The notes beneath the pieces were generated by a model, which was not told the origin of the DNA, did not search any database, and was given only the letters and a program-made list of their open reading frames with translations. DNA of 64,000 bases, taken from the sequence record ON529860.1. The stretch is one strand, 5' to 3'. The position numbers and the translations under genes were made by a program. Below, piece by piece: positions 9,211 through 19,264 of the stretch; position 1 is the stretch's first letter; the number at the start of each line of letters is the position of its first letter.

Positions 9211-9396
9211 AGGGGCTCCTCTTGGAGGGAGATGGTCAGAGGTCCTGTCTAGCGGCCAATCGTTAACATCCGGTTAACAGGCCGCATTCGGGGCCGGCGC
9301 CGGCGTTCACCCGGCGTTAAGGTTAACGGCGGCCGGGCGACCCGAAAGCGCCCGCCGGGGGAGACAACCCGGCGGGCGCGGACCTGACGGTGGGCG

Positions 9397-9876
9397 TCAG
9401 GCGGTCGGGGACAGTTCGTCCTCGAAGGCGTCGTATTCGGCCCCGTCGTCGGTGCGGACCTGATACATGGGGCCGACCTCCGCGTCGGCTTCGTCCTCGG
9501 TCAGGGCGCGCACGACCTCGGCGGGCGTATCGGGCGGCGTCGTCGCGTCCGAACAGGTCGAGGTGAACAGGACGCGGGCGCCGGGCTCGAACGCAGGGGC
9601 CTGGGGTTCGGCGGCGTCGTCGTCGTTCGACGCCTGGAACTCCGCCGACGACCCGTCGATCGAGGTGCCGGGCCAGGACGCGCCGGGATCGGCCAGCATC
9701 GTCAGACAGCCGCTGATGTCGGGCTGGGCGCGGGTGCCGATATAATCGCGATAGGCGTCCGGTTCGCCGACCGGGGTTCCGGGGTTCTCGGCGTGGAAGC
9801 GTTGCAGGGCCGCGTCGAACAGTTGGCGGGGGTCGGTCACGTCGAGGGTGATGGTGATCTGGTAGGCGTCGCGCAT
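9397..9876 (-). CDS. hypothetical protein, 159 aa
   Basis: RBS, promoter at 9926. Confidence 0.8.
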   Translation of the reverse strand: MRDAYQITITLDVTDPRQLFDAALQRFHAENPGTPVGEPDAYRDYIGTRAQPDISGCLTMLADPGASWPGTSIDGSSAEFQASNDDDAAEPQAPAFEPGARVLFTSTCSDATTPPDTPAEVVRALTEDEADAEVGPMYQVRTDDGAEYDAFEDELSPTA

Positions 9877-9945
9877 GGGGCTCTCCCGGCTGGGGTGTCG
9901 ATGATCTGACCCTAGAGGACAGAAGTTAACAGGCGGTTAACGCGC

Positions 9946-10719
9946 TCAGGTATTGAGCGCGGGGACCGGGGCGAGGAGGCCGAACAGCGTGTTATAGTCG
10001 TCGCCCTCGGGTGCCTTCTCGGCCGCGTTCATCTTGGCGTCATAGTCCTGCATCGCCTCAGCGGTGCGGTCGTAGGCGTCCGCCTTGGCCTTGAGCGCGG
10101 CGAGGGCGGTGTTCCCCGTCGAGGCGAGCAGGGCGGCGCGGGCGGCGTCGGGCAGGGCGTCCCACGCCTGTTCATCCAGACCAAAGGCCCGCATGGCGCG
10201 GCTGGCGTCGTCGCGCTCGGCCTCGTCCAGTTCATCCACGCGGGCCTTCAACAGGTCGCGCTGTTCGGCGTCGGCCAGATTGGCGAGGATGAAGCGCAGG
10301 TCCTCATCCGAAATCCCGTTGCCGCGCAGGTAGGCGACGACGCGATCCCAGGCGGCGACCTCGGCCACCGCGTCGCGCGGTTGCAGGTCGAACAGGCGGG
10401 CGGCGTGGTTGTCGCTGGCCTCGGACAGCATGGCGATCAGGTCTTCCGCCGTGACGTCATTCAGCAGGGCGGTGGGGCGGGGCAGGGTCCGACCGTCCGT
10501 CACCTGGGTATCCCAGTTGATGGTCGGCGTTATCGTCAGTTCCGACATGGCGGTCCAGCCGTCTTGCAGGTCGGAGTCGCCTCTGAGGGCGGCCACGGCC
10601 TGTTGAACCGCCTCCTGCGGGGTCTCCGCTGTGACGGCGACCGTCTTGTGGGCGAAGAGGGTGGCGTAGGCCGTGACCAGATAGTTGGTCTGGACCGAAG
10701 ATCGGACGGGGCTGGACAT
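9946..10719 (-). CDS. hypothetical protein, 257 aa
   Basis: AGGAG RBS, promoter at 10764. Confidence 0.8.
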   Translation of the reverse strand: MSSPVRSSVQTNYLVTAYATLFAHKTVAVTAETPQEAVQQAVAALRGDSDLQDGWTAMSELTITPTINWDTQVTDGRTLPRPTALLNDVTAEDLIAMLSEASDNHAARLFDLQPRDAVAEVAAWDRVVAYLRGNGISDEDLRFILANLADAEQRDLLKARVDELDEAERDDASRAMRAFGLDEQAWDALPDAARAALLASTGNTALAALKAKADAYDRTAEAMQDYDAKMNAAEKAPEGDDYNTLFGLLAPVPALNT

Positions 10720-10864
10720 GGTGTCTCCTGTCGTTGCGTTGAGGCTGTTCTAGCGCCAATCTCTTAACAAAAAGTTAACGCCGGTCAACTCTTTTCGACG
10801 GCCCAGGTCCGTTAACCTTAATGCGCGTTGCTCGCAAAACGCCCGGCCGAAGCCGGGCGCTGCG

Positions 10865-11611
10865 TCACTTGACCGGGGGCAGGTTGCGCAGATCGACGGT
10901 CGGCGGGGCGCCGTCCTTGGCGACCTTGGCGGCTTGGAGGATCGACTCCATCAGGGTCTTGGTCGCCGTGCCGGCGCGCAGACGGGCCGCCGCATCGGTC
11001 GATTCGACGTCATCAGGGATGATGGTCGGCGCCGCCTTCAACGCCTCCAGACAGGCCTTCATCGCGGCTTTCGCGCCGAGGGTGGCTTGCGCCGCCGCCG
11101 TGCGAAGGGCGGCGGCGTAATCGCCCTGCTCTTCGTCCGCCATCTGCAAGAGACGGTCCTGCTCCTTCAGCAACCGCGCCGCCTCATGGGCGGTGATGGC
11201 GATGGCGTTGGGCAGGGCTTGGGCCTCCTTGGCGTAGAGGGTCAGCAGCCGGGCCGCCTCCTCGGCGTCTTCGGCATAGACGGCGCCGGCGTCCGACCAG
11301 TTGTTGACCAGCACCGCCATGGCGGCCTCGGCGGCATAGTGAGGCAGGGAGGAGCCGCTGCCGATGTCTTCCAGCTTCTGGCACAGGCGCAGGGTCAGGG
11401 GGTCGGTGTTCTGGGCCAGGGCGAGGGTCAGGAACTCAGGCTGGACCTGAAACTCCGTGACGCAACCGGCGTCGTCGTCCGCCGACAGGCCTTCGGCGTC
11501 CCTGTAGTTCTGAATGGCGAACTCCAGCGAGCGTCGCACATGGGCGGGGTCCACCGCGCCGCCTTCGATCTGCAAGCTGACGATGTAGTTGATGTTGACG
11601 GGTGCGGTCAT
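10865..11611 (-). CDS. hypothetical protein, 248 aa
   Basis: AGGAG RBS, promoter at 11657. Confidence 0.8.
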   Translation of the reverse strand: MTAPVNINYIVSLQIEGGAVDPAHVRRSLEFAIQNYRDAEGLSADDDAGCVTEFQVQPEFLTLALAQNTDPLTLRLCQKLEDIGSGSSLPHYAAEAAMAVLVNNWSDAGAVYAEDAEEAARLLTLYAKEAQALPNAIAITAHEAARLLKEQDRLLQMADEEQGDYAAALRTAAAQATLGAKAAMKACLEALKAAPTIIPDDVESTDAAARLRAGTATKTLMESILQAAKVAKDGAPPTVDLRNLPPVK

Positions 11612-11749
11612 CGGTGTCTCCTGATGTGGCGTTGATCCTGTCCTAGCACCGATTCGTTAACAACAAGTTAACGCCACACTGCGAAACGCTCGCGTTAACC
11701 TTAACGGCCGGCGCCCCGAAAACGCCCCGGCCGAAGCCGGGGCGCAGGA

Positions 11750-12070
11750 TCAGCAGACGGTGTTCGCGCCGACCGTTTCGGAGACGTGGGTGGGCTCCTC
11801 GTCTTCTTCGTCTTCATCGTCCGCCTCGGAAGGCTCCATGTCAGGATAGGTCGCGACCATTTCGCTGGCCCATTCGTCCACGGCGCCCACGGCGGCGGCC
11901 AGGTTGCCTTGCTCCCAGTTGTCCCGAACGGCGGTCGCCAGCAACACGCCCTCGGCGGCGTCCTGATAGAGGCTCAGCAGCAGGGCCGTGGACAGGGTGA
12001 CGGTCTTTTCGCCCGCCGCCATGGCGGCGTCGAGGACGGAGTCGATGGTCGGTTCAGCGGCGTCGGTCAT
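11750..12070 (-). CDS. hypothetical acidic protein, 106 aa
   Basis: RBS, promoter at 12115. Confidence 0.8.
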   Translation of the reverse strand: MTDAAEPTIDSVLDAAMAAGEKTVTLSTALLLSLYQDAAEGVLLATAVRDNWEQGNLAAAVGAVDEWASEMVATYPDMEPSEADDEDEEDEEPTHVSETVGANTVC

Positions 12071-12125
12071 GGGTGTCTCCCGGTGGTTGATGATCTGACC
12101 CTACAGGCCAGAGGTTAACAAGCGG

Positions 12126-12545
12126 TTAATGGGTGCGAAGTTCGGCGGTCGGCGTTTCGACGCCGTCCCTGTAGGCGATAGAGCCGAGGACGCCGAGGAT
12201 CGGGTTATAGTCGCCGCGCTCTTTCTCGGCGGCGTAGAAGCGTTCGAGAATGGTGGGCTGGGCGGCGAAGCGGTTGTTCCGCCGCAGGGGCGTCAGTTTC
12301 GGCGGCAGGCCGTCGAAGATGAACCAGCCGCGTTCATTCGTCGCGCCGCCCATCCAACGCCGCTTGCGGCTGATGTAGATTTCACGCTCGCCGTTGCCCG
12401 CCAGCAGCCAGACCGTTCGCCCTGGCAGGGCCAGCGACAGGTCGCGCAGGGCGTCGCGCATCATCTGTTCCGACAGGGCGACTAGGCGGATTTCCGCCGC
12501 CTCGACCGCTTCGAGGGCGACGACGAAGGGGTCGCGGCGGCTCAT
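12126..12545 (-). CDS. hypothetical protein, 139 aa
   Basis: ATGA coupling to upstream gene; stop inside CtrA box. Confidence 0.75.
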   Translation of the reverse strand: MSRRDPFVVALEAVEAAEIRLVALSEQMMRDALRDLSLALPGRTVWLLAGNGEREIYISRKRRWMGGATNERGWFIFDGLPPKLTPLRRNNRFAAQPTILERFYAAEKERGDYNPILGVLGSIAYRDGVETPTAELRTH

Positions 12546-13147
12546 GCGGCGACCTTGCGCGGGCGGGTCGCCAGATCGGGCACCGTATCCATGAAATCGA
12601 GATAGGCCAGAGCGCGGTCGGCGTCGGACAGGAATTCGGCGTAAACCTCGGGCTTCTCGCGCGGTGAGAGGATTTCACCCGCGACCAGACGTTGACGGTG
12701 CGCAACCAGCAGCGGGCGCGCCGCGTCCAGTTCAGCGCGCAACGTCGGGGCCTCGCGCAGTCCTGCCCGCACGAAGGCGATGTCGGGTTGATAGCCGGAG
12801 CCCCAGCCCGACCAGATCACGTCCGACCGATAGTCGCTGAACGACGGCGCAGGATCGACCTCGACACAGCGGGTTCCGTCCGGCAGCTTGTCGAGGGCGG
12901 CGCCGGTGAAGTGGTGAATCAGCGGGCCGATCCAGTTTCCCATCATCACGCCGTCGGCGGCGGCGGTTCCCCGGCCGGTCGAGACGGACCCGGCGGGCGT
13001 GACATCGACCCAGTTGGGGGCGTCATAGAGAATCTTGATCCTCAGGGTGTTCGTGGTGTGCTGGATCAGAAAATACTCGGTCCCGTCCGGGCCGACGATC
13101 TTGTGCGTCGGCTTGGACAGCTTGGCGCTCGGGGGCAGGAAGGCCAT
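12542..13147 (-). CDS. hypothetical protein, 201 aa
   Basis: AAGGAG RBS, promoter at 13189. Confidence 0.8.
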   Translation of the reverse strand: MAFLPPSAKLSKPTHKIVGPDGTEYFLIQHTTNTLRIKILYDAPNWVDVTPAGSVSTGRGTAAADGVMMGNWIGPLIHHFTGAALDKLPDGTRCVEVDPAPSFSDYRSDVIWSGWGSGYQPDIAFVRAGLREAPTLRAELDAARPLLVAHRQRLVAGEILSPREKPEVYAEFLSDADRALAYLDFMDTVPDLATRPRKVAA

Positions 13148-13288
13148 GAGGTGTCTCCTTTGTTCCTGATCGTTCTAGCAGGGATTCGTTAACAATAGGT
13201 TAACGCGGTGCGGAAAATGCGTCGGGCCGGCGTTAACCTTAACGCGCGCAGGTCGCAGAAAGGCCGGGGCGAACCCCGGCCTTGCGCG

Positions 13289-13981
13289 TCACTCTTTGGC
13301 GTGGCCCGCGTCGATCTTCACCGCCAGTTCGTCCATCCGGTCGGCCTTGTGGCGCAGCCAGTCGGCGGCGCGCTCGATGACCTCGACCATCGGCAGACGG
13401 TGAACCAGACCGGACGGGAACGACCCCGACAGGTTGTCCAGCAGCTTGATCGGCGGGACGTGACCGCAGGCGATATAGGCCGCTGCAAGGTGGTCGGTCA
13501 GGTTCATGCCGCCGCCGGTCAGGGCGATCTCATAGGTCACGTCGTCGGCGTTCGTGCCGACCTCGATCAGGGAGCAGGCCAGCCCCCAGGCGTCAAAGCG
13601 CGCGGCGATTTCCTTGAGCGCGTCGGAGTCTTCAAAGCGCAGATCGACCGGCCAGCCGAAATTCATCATCGGATCGAAGCTGGCGCGCCACTCGTCACCG
13701 CCGTCCGCCTGCCAAAAGGCCTCGCGCAGGTCTTCGTCCGTCACCGGGGCGTCGCCGTCCACGTCGTAGAGGGCCTTTTCCTTCGGGTAGTCCTCCCACA
13801 GATCGGCGGCGTATTGATCCACGGCCGAACGGCTCACGACCGGCAGCACCGCCTGCCAGCCGGATTCGCCGGTGTCCGCGTTGTAGAACTCCGACCAATC
13901 GCGCTCAATCGAGTCGTTGGTGATCGAGGCCAGCGAGAAGGTCGCGTCGGCGGCGATGGGGCGGGGGAAGGGGTTCGACAT
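13289..13981 (-). CDS. hypothetical protein, 230 aa
   Basis: AGGAGG RBS, promoter at 14034. Confidence 0.8.
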   Translation of the reverse strand: MSNPFPRPIAADATFSLASITNDSIERDWSEFYNADTGESGWQAVLPVVSRSAVDQYAADLWEDYPKEKALYDVDGDAPVTDEDLREAFWQADGGDEWRASFDPMMNFGWPVDLRFEDSDALKEIAARFDAWGLACSLIEVGTNADDVTYEIALTGGGMNLTDHLAAAYIACGHVPPIKLLDNLSGSFPSGLVHRLPMVEVIERAADWLRHKADRMDELAVKIDAGHAKE

Positions 13982-13997
13982 GGTGCCTCCTGATTGG

Positions 13998-14076
13998 CAT
14001 ATGATCATATGCTGAGAATATGCACCTAATGTCTTAACAAGAAGTTAAAATCAAGCAGCATATGGGTCATATGCTG
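13998..14076. promoter_or_regulatory. pair of palindromic operator-like sites (GCATATG-N2/N3-CATATGC) flanking a CtrA box
   Basis: GCATATGATCATATGC near 13998 and GCATATGGGTCATATGC near 14058. Confidence 0.55.
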
Positions 14077-14154
14077 GAGAAAAGTGGTTAACCCCTCGTT
14101 AAGGTTAACGCCCGCTCCGGGCAAAAGAAAACCCGGCCGAAGCCGGGTCTCTCG

Positions 14155-14865
14155 TCAGGGCTGATCTGGTTCGGCCCCATTCATGTGATCGACCGCCCCC
14201 GCCCAGGCCTCTTCCTCGCTGACGGCCCAGACCACTTCATCGCCCTCGGGGTCGATGGCGGTGAAGGGGAGCGGGTCGCCCTCCTTCTCGGAGAAGACGA
14301 CCTGATAGCCCGCCGCCGAGGCGGTGGTCTCGTTGTCGTCCTCGTCGTCTTCGCTGCTGAAGAGGCCGTCGCCCGCCAGCAGGTCGTCAATCGCCTGATT
14401 GCCGCGCTCGGACAGGATGTCTTCGATGCGGCGGGCGTTGTCTCGCAGCCAGCTTTCCGGGTCGTCGCCGCCGTAACGGTCGGTCAGGTCGTCGGTGGTG
14501 AAGACGACCGGCACGGCGCCGGCGGCGCGGATGGCCTCGGTCAGGGTATAGACATCGACCTCGGCCCAGGTCGGGTAGATGTCCGACTGGAAATCCACGC
14601 GGGCCTCGGCCAGCTTCACCGTCTCGTCATCGGTCAGGTCGGCCAGGGTTTCGATCTGGTCAAGCGGCTTGATCGTTTCGATGTCATGGTCGGTCAGGGC
14701 GTCGCGCAGGGATTCCGGGCTGGCGTCCACAGAGCCCAGCCGGTCGGCGGCGGCTTGCACCTGCGCCCGGATGGCGAGGGCTTGCGAGGCGAAGGGCGCG
14801 CCGTCAGGACTGGCGTCACGCGACTGATAGGAAAGCTGGAAAAGCTGGATGCGGGCGGTGGTCAT
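14155..14865 (-). CDS. hypothetical acidic protein, 236 aa
   Basis: RBS, promoter at 14916. Confidence 0.8.
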   Translation of the reverse strand: MTTARIQLFQLSYQSRDASPDGAPFASQALAIRAQVQAAADRLGSVDASPESLRDALTDHDIETIKPLDQIETLADLTDDETVKLAEARVDFQSDIYPTWAEVDVYTLTEAIRAAGAVPVVFTTDDLTDRYGGDDPESWLRDNARRIEDILSERGNQAIDDLLAGDGLFSSEDDEDDNETTASAAGYQVVFSEKEGDPLPFTAIDPEGDEVVWAVSEEEAWAGAVDHMNGAEPDQP

Positions 14866-14902
14866 GACGGGTGTCTCCCGGTGAATGTCGATGGACTGAC
14901 CC

Positions 14903-15034
14903 TAGCGGTCAGAGGTTAACAAGAGGTTAACCGATGGTGTAGCGGCGCCAGATTTGTTGCCCCAGCATGACGGCGAACACCGCCAGCATGACCAGCACGG
15001 TCACGACCAGGGTCCGGGGTCCGGGGCGGGCCAT
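14903..15034 (-). CDS. small single-TM peptide, 43 aa (MARPGPRTLVVTVLVMLAVFAVMLG...)
   Basis: ATG overlaps upstream stop; hydrophobic core; not in ORF track. Confidence 0.45.
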
Positions 15035-15498
15035 CAGTAGGGCCTCGCCGCTTCGGGCTCGTCATACAGGATGTCCAGGTCATCGACCGAAACGACGACA
15101 GAACCGCCGCAGTCCAAAGACACCTCAGCGCGGGCGAATCCATCCGCAAAAGTGTCGGGCAGGATGGTGGTGATCTCGCCCCGGTCGGCGTGGGCCGGCA
15201 CGTCGCAGCGGTCGCCCTGTTCCCATCCCTTCGTCTCGACCTCGTCTTCTTCGGCCTCGTCTTCCTCATCCGTGAAGGCTTCCAGTGCGCGCATGGCGTC
15301 GGCCCAGGCCGTGACCGCCGCGACGTTGTCGCCGAGGATCGGGGTGGTGGAGCCCCATTGTTCATAGGAGCCTTCGTAATAGGAGGCCTTGATGAAGTGC
15401 TCCAGGCCGCCGGGCTCGCGGCGGTGGAACACGACCCAGGCGCCGTCTTCGGCTTCTTGCGCGCTCGGGCCGCGAATTTCGATCAGCTTGGAAGTCAT
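15034..15498 (-). CDS. hypothetical protein, 154 aa
   Basis: AGGAG RBS, promoter at 15549. Confidence 0.8.
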   Translation of the reverse strand: MTSKLIEIRGPSAQEAEDGAWVVFHRREPGGLEHFIKASYYEGSYEQWGSTTPILGDNVAAVTAWADAMRALEAFTDEEDEAEEDEVETKGWEQGDRCDVPAHADRGEITTILPDTFADGFARAEVSLDCGGSVVVSVDDLDILYDEPEAARPY

Positions 15499-15657
15499 GA
15501 CGGGTGTCTCCTGTCGGATGGCGTTGAAGCCTGTCTAGCAGGAAAGTCTTAACAAGAAGTTAACGCCGGGCCAAGGGAAGATTTTAACTTATCGTTAAGG
15601 TTAACGGGCGGCGGTCGGGAAAGAAGCGCCCGGCGGTTAAGCCGGGCGTTCGAAGCG

Positions 15658-16269
15658 TCAGGACAGGTCGCCGGTGACGCCGTCGAAGGGCTGGGCGCCC
15701 GCTGCGACGTCGCGCGCTTGGGCCTCGGTCAGGTTCTTGGCGATGGTGTAGCGTTCGCCGCCTTGCACCTCATCGACATACCAATAGGCGCCGCGTTCGG
15801 AGTATAAGGAGGTGCGCTCGCCTTCGCGGTCCTCCTTGATCGTCAGGATCGGGTCGTCTTCGCCGATGCGGTAGAGATAGACCGACACATCGCGGTCGGG
15901 CTGGGCGAAGCCCTGCTGATTCCAGATCATCCCGGCGAAATGCTCGGCGGCCTCGCGCTCCCGCGTGTCGGCGATCCGGTTGTCCAGCACCGTGTCCGTG
16001 CGGTGGTCGAAGGCGACGACGCGGAAGCCGGGCAGGGCGGTGGGCTGCACCGTGAACTCATAGCGCACGTCTTCTTCGGCGATCCAGTGGCTGATGTCTT
16101 CGATGGTCGGCAGCAGATCGTCCGGGGCGTCGTTGTCGGCTTGCAGTTCGCGCACGACGTCGTTCAGGGCCTCAGCCTCGCTGACATGGATCGAGGCGCC
16201 CAGGCCGCCCGAAGTGGACGTGACCAGAATGACCAGGGCGGGCAGGCCGGAAATGGCGGAAAGCTTCAT
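15658..16269 (-). CDS. hypothetical protein, 203 aa
   Basis: AAGGAG RBS, promoter at 16311. Confidence 0.8.
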   Translation of the reverse strand: MKLSAISGLPALVILVTSTSGGLGASIHVSEAEALNDVVRELQADNDAPDDLLPTIEDISHWIAEEDVRYEFTVQPTALPGFRVVAFDHRTDTVLDNRIADTREREAAEHFAGMIWNQQGFAQPDRDVSVYLYRIGEDDPILTIKEDREGERTSLYSERGAYWYVDEVQGGERYTIAKNLTEAQARDVAAGAQPFDGVTGDLS

Positions 16270-16410
16270 GGGGGTCTCCTTCGTTGAGGCTCCCTTGTCG
16301 CACGGATTCGTTAACAAGAGGTTAACGCGGCGCGTTTATTTTCCGTTAAGGTTAACGGCCGGGCGGGGGCCGAAAAAGCCCGCCGGGGGAGACAACCCGG
16401 CGGGCTCGGT

Positions 16411-16494
16411 TCAGATCAGCGCCAGCAGGCTGAGCGCGATCAGAAGGTTCATGGCGATGACCGGGCGGACGTGCGTCCTCAGGACGGCGGTCAA
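16411..16494 (-). CDS. small single-TM peptide, 27 aa (MTAVLRTHVRPVIAMNLLIALSLLALI)
   Basis: TTG overlaps upstream TGA; followed by hairpin. Confidence 0.5.
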   Translation of the reverse strand: MTAVLRTHVRPVIAMNLLIALSLLALI

Positions 16495-16802
16495 GCGGCG
16501 GTCTCGGGGAAGCGCATGCCGTCGCCGGTCACGACTTCCAGCGCGGTCGCGGCGGGCTTCAGCCCGGACTGTTCCAGATCGACGCCCAGCGAGCGGACGG
16601 CGTCCTTTTCATCCTCGCGCCAGGCCCCGGCGACCGGGATCGCGCGTTCCAGCACCTTCTTGCGGTCGTCCTGATAGGCGCCGAGCGCCCGGAACTGAAC
16701 CGGCGAGGCCTTGGTGCGCTGGCGGCTGAGCATGGTCACGACCAGCCGACGCTGCGGCGAGACGGTGATGCGGAAGGTTCGCGTGACGGTGGGTGACGGC
16801 AT
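16491..16802 (-). CDS. hypothetical protein, 103 aa
   Basis: AGGAGG RBS; adjacent to upstream stop. Confidence 0.75.
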   Translation of the reverse strand: MPSPTVTRTFRITVSPQRRLVVTMLSRQRTKASPVQFRALGAYQDDRKKVLERAIPVAGAWREDEKDAVRSLGVDLEQSGLKPAATALEVVTGDGMRFPETAA

Positions 16803-16967
16803 TCAGGCCTCCTTTCGGGGGAGTTGTTTCAGAGCCCAGCGCCGGGCCGCCCCTCGGGACGGCAGCGGGCTGGACATGGCGATCAGGGTGTCGTCGCCGT
16901 TCCAGGCGGCGCCGTAGTAGGTCCCGTCAGGACAGGCGGCGGTGGTGACGTAGGCGGGGGCGCGCAA
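16803..16967 (-). CDS. hypothetical protein, about 54 aa (TTG start)
   Basis: Fills the gap between two coupled genes; GAGGA upstream. Confidence 0.5.
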   Translation of the reverse strand: MRAPAYVTTAACPDGTYYGAAWNGDDTLIAMSSPLPSRGAARRWALKQLPRKEA

Positions 16968-16969
16968 GG

Positions 16970-17344
16970 TCAGTCCTCATCCCCAAAGGCCAGAGCGAAC
17001 TCGCTGTCGGGGTCGTTGAACTCCAAGGCCGTGGATTCGGCATAGGTGGCGGTGCGCGAGTGGCCGAAGACGCCGGTCGCCTCGTCCTGCGAGACGACCG
17101 TGTAGGTCATGCGGACATCGGTGATGTTGGCGAAGTCGCCGAAGTGCTGATCGCGGCGGATCAGGCCCGAGATCGCGGCAACCTTGGCCGAGGCCAGCAG
17201 TTCGCGGCGAAGCGACTGGACGGCGTCGCGGGCCTCGGCCGAGCCGTTGAACGGCCGAACCAGTTCCAGCGTCTCGATGAGGCTGATCGTCTGGTTCATC
17301 CAGCCGGTCCCGACCAGATAGAGTTTCAAGGCAGCGTGGCTCAT
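16970..17344 (-). CDS. hypothetical protein, 124 aa
   Basis: AAGGAG RBS, promoter at 17394. Confidence 0.8.
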   Translation of the reverse strand: MSHAALKLYLVGTGWMNQTISLIETLELVRPFNGSAEARDAVQSLRRELLASAKVAAISGLIRRDQHFGDFANITDVRMTYTVVSQDEATGVFGHSRTATYAESTALEFNDPDSEFALAFGDED

Positions 17345-17404
17345 GCGGGGTCTCCTTCCCGGTGGTCGATGGGCTGACCCTACAGGCCAGAGGTTAACAA
17401 GAGG

Positions 17405-17941
17405 TTAATCGGCGAAGATTTCCGACAGGGGCGGGATGATTTTGTAGGGGATCGCCTCGACGCTGGCCTTGTTGAAGGCGCCCAGATAGGTCTTGTAGTA
17501 GCGGGCGCGCTTGCCGTCCGTCATCAGCTTCCACTTGGTCGCGTGACCCGGAATCCACTGCTGATTGTCGGCGGCCTCAATCGCGGCGATGAACTGATCG
17601 ACGGTCATCCCGTCGTGGTCCTGCCGGGTCGGGGAGATGCTGTTCAGTTCGTGCCAGGGGTGGTCGTCGGCGTAGTGGGCGCCGCCGCCGTCGCTGGACC
17701 ATGAGGCCGATTCCATCCCCAGCAGGACGGGCAGGAAGTCGTCGCCGTCGCCGGTCAGCAGGGAACAGACCTTGACCGCCTGCTCCATGGTCATCAGGCC
17801 ATCCAGAATGAACTCCAGATGCTCCTTATAGTTGGAGGCGTCGCGATACATATAGGACAGGCGCGTGTTCTGCCCCGGATGGCCCGCCCAGACGGACGGG
17901 TTGATCTGGTGGGGCAGGGCGGCGGGGGTCAGGTCGGTCAT
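17405..17941 (-). CDS. conserved phage hypothetical protein (YMYRDASNYK motif)
   Basis: Motif familiar from phage proteins; RBS; promoter at 17994; stop inside CtrA box. Confidence 0.8.
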   Translation of the reverse strand: MTDLTPAALPHQINPSVWAGHPGQNTRLSYMYRDASNYKEHLEFILDGLMTMEQAVKVCSLLTGDGDDFLPVLLGMESASWSSDGGGAHYADDHPWHELNSISPTRQDHDGMTVDQFIAAIEAADNQQWIPGHATKWKLMTDGKRARYYKTYLGAFNKASVEAIPYKIIPPLSEIFAD

Positions 17942-18004
17942 GGCGTCTCCTCCATGGGGTGATCTCGATTGAGACCACCCTACAGGCAAGAAGTTAACAA
18001 GAGG

Positions 18005-18487
18005 TTAATCGGCGGCGGAGACTTTGAGGTCCACCCCAAAGACGTGAACCAGTTCGCCGCTCGGCTTGCGCACGATCACGCCCAGCCACTGCTCCTCGAC
18101 AAAATAGCCCGTCACCTCGGCTTCGCCGATGCGATTGACGGCGACGCGCACGGTCGCGCCGACCTGGGGCGGTGAGTCCTCGCCGGACCACAGGACCGCG
18201 CCTTCGATGCCCGGCGGAAGCAGGCGGCCGTCTTTCCAGCGCGCCAGTTCATAGGCGGGCAGGTGCGGACGCCACAGGGGCGCATAGACATCCATCAGCC
18301 ACGACGGGCCGTAGGTGTTGCGGATCGCGCGCAGGAGATTGCCCGCGTCCTCCTGCGTGTCGCCGCCGGTGGCCCACAGGACGGTCAGATGCTCTTTCCA
18401 ACCGCCTTCGACCTTGGCGTATTTGTCGGCGAAGTTCAGCAGGGCGGCGGACGCCTCGGGCGTCAGGGCGGGGTAGGTGTCAGGCAT
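18005..18487 (-). CDS. hypothetical protein, 160 aa
   Basis: RBS, promoter at 18531; stop inside CtrA box. Confidence 0.8.
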   Translation of the reverse strand: MPDTYPALTPEASAALLNFADKYAKVEGGWKEHLTVLWATGGDTQEDAGNLLRAIRNTYGPSWLMDVYAPLWRPHLPAYELARWKDGRLLPPGIEGAVLWSGEDSPPQVGATVRVAVNRIGEAEVTGYFVEEQWLGVIVRKPSGELVHVFGVDLKVSAAD

Positions 18488-18641
18488 GGGGCGTCTCCCT
18501 TGTTCGATGATCCCTTGTAGCGGCGATTCCTTAACAAGAGGTTAACGCCGCGACAAGGGCGTGCGGCGTTAACCTTAACGCGGTGTTTAGGTTAATGCGG
18601 TCAGATCGCAGGAAGGTCCCCGGCCGAAGCCGGGGACGGGA

Positions 18642-19106
18642 TCAGGCGGCGTCCTTGTATTTGGGGAACTTGGCGATCAGGGCGGCGACCGTCTCCTCGA
18701 CCGACTTCATGTTGGGGAAGTAGTGGTCGGCCGGATCGGCGAAGTCCAAAGCGAAGTCGCAGATGAAGGGAATCGCGTCCCACTGCCAGCAGCGGCAGCA
18801 GTCGAACCAGTCCCGCCCGTCTTGATTGTAGGCGGTCCAGACCGCCTCGAAATAGGGGCCGAGGCGCATCATCACGTCGCGCATCTCGGCGGAGCCGTAG
18901 CCGTCGATGGCGTCGTCCCAGCGGGCGAAGGCCGCACGCAGCGGCTTGTCTTTGGTGCGGGCGTTGCGCGGGTCGAGGGCGTGACAGACATACTCCCACG
19001 CCGCCATGGACGCGTGGATCGCGCCGGGCGGATAGCTGGCTCGCATCTTGCAATACTTCTTGGCCGTGGGCGTGGGTTTGAACGTGCTGCGGTGCTTATA
19101 GGGCAT
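18642..19106 (-). CDS. hypothetical protein, 154 aa
   Basis: GGAGG RBS, promoter at 19153. Confidence 0.8.
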   Translation of the reverse strand: MPYKHRSTFKPTPTAKKYCKMRASYPPGAIHASMAAWEYVCHALDPRNARTKDKPLRAAFARWDDAIDGYGSAEMRDVMMRLGPYFEAVWTAYNQDGRDWFDCCRCWQWDAIPFICDFALDFADPADHYFPNMKSVEETVAALIAKFPKYKDAA

Positions 19107-19264
19107 GGGGCGTCTCCTCCCGGTTGATCCTAGCGACCATAGGGCCGAATCGTTAACAATAGGTTAACGCCGCGCGACTTAATTCGCTGTTAAGGTTAAC
19201 GGCCGGCGCTAGGGAAAGGCGCGCCACCGGGGGAGACAACCCGGCGGCGCGACAGGCGGCGGCC

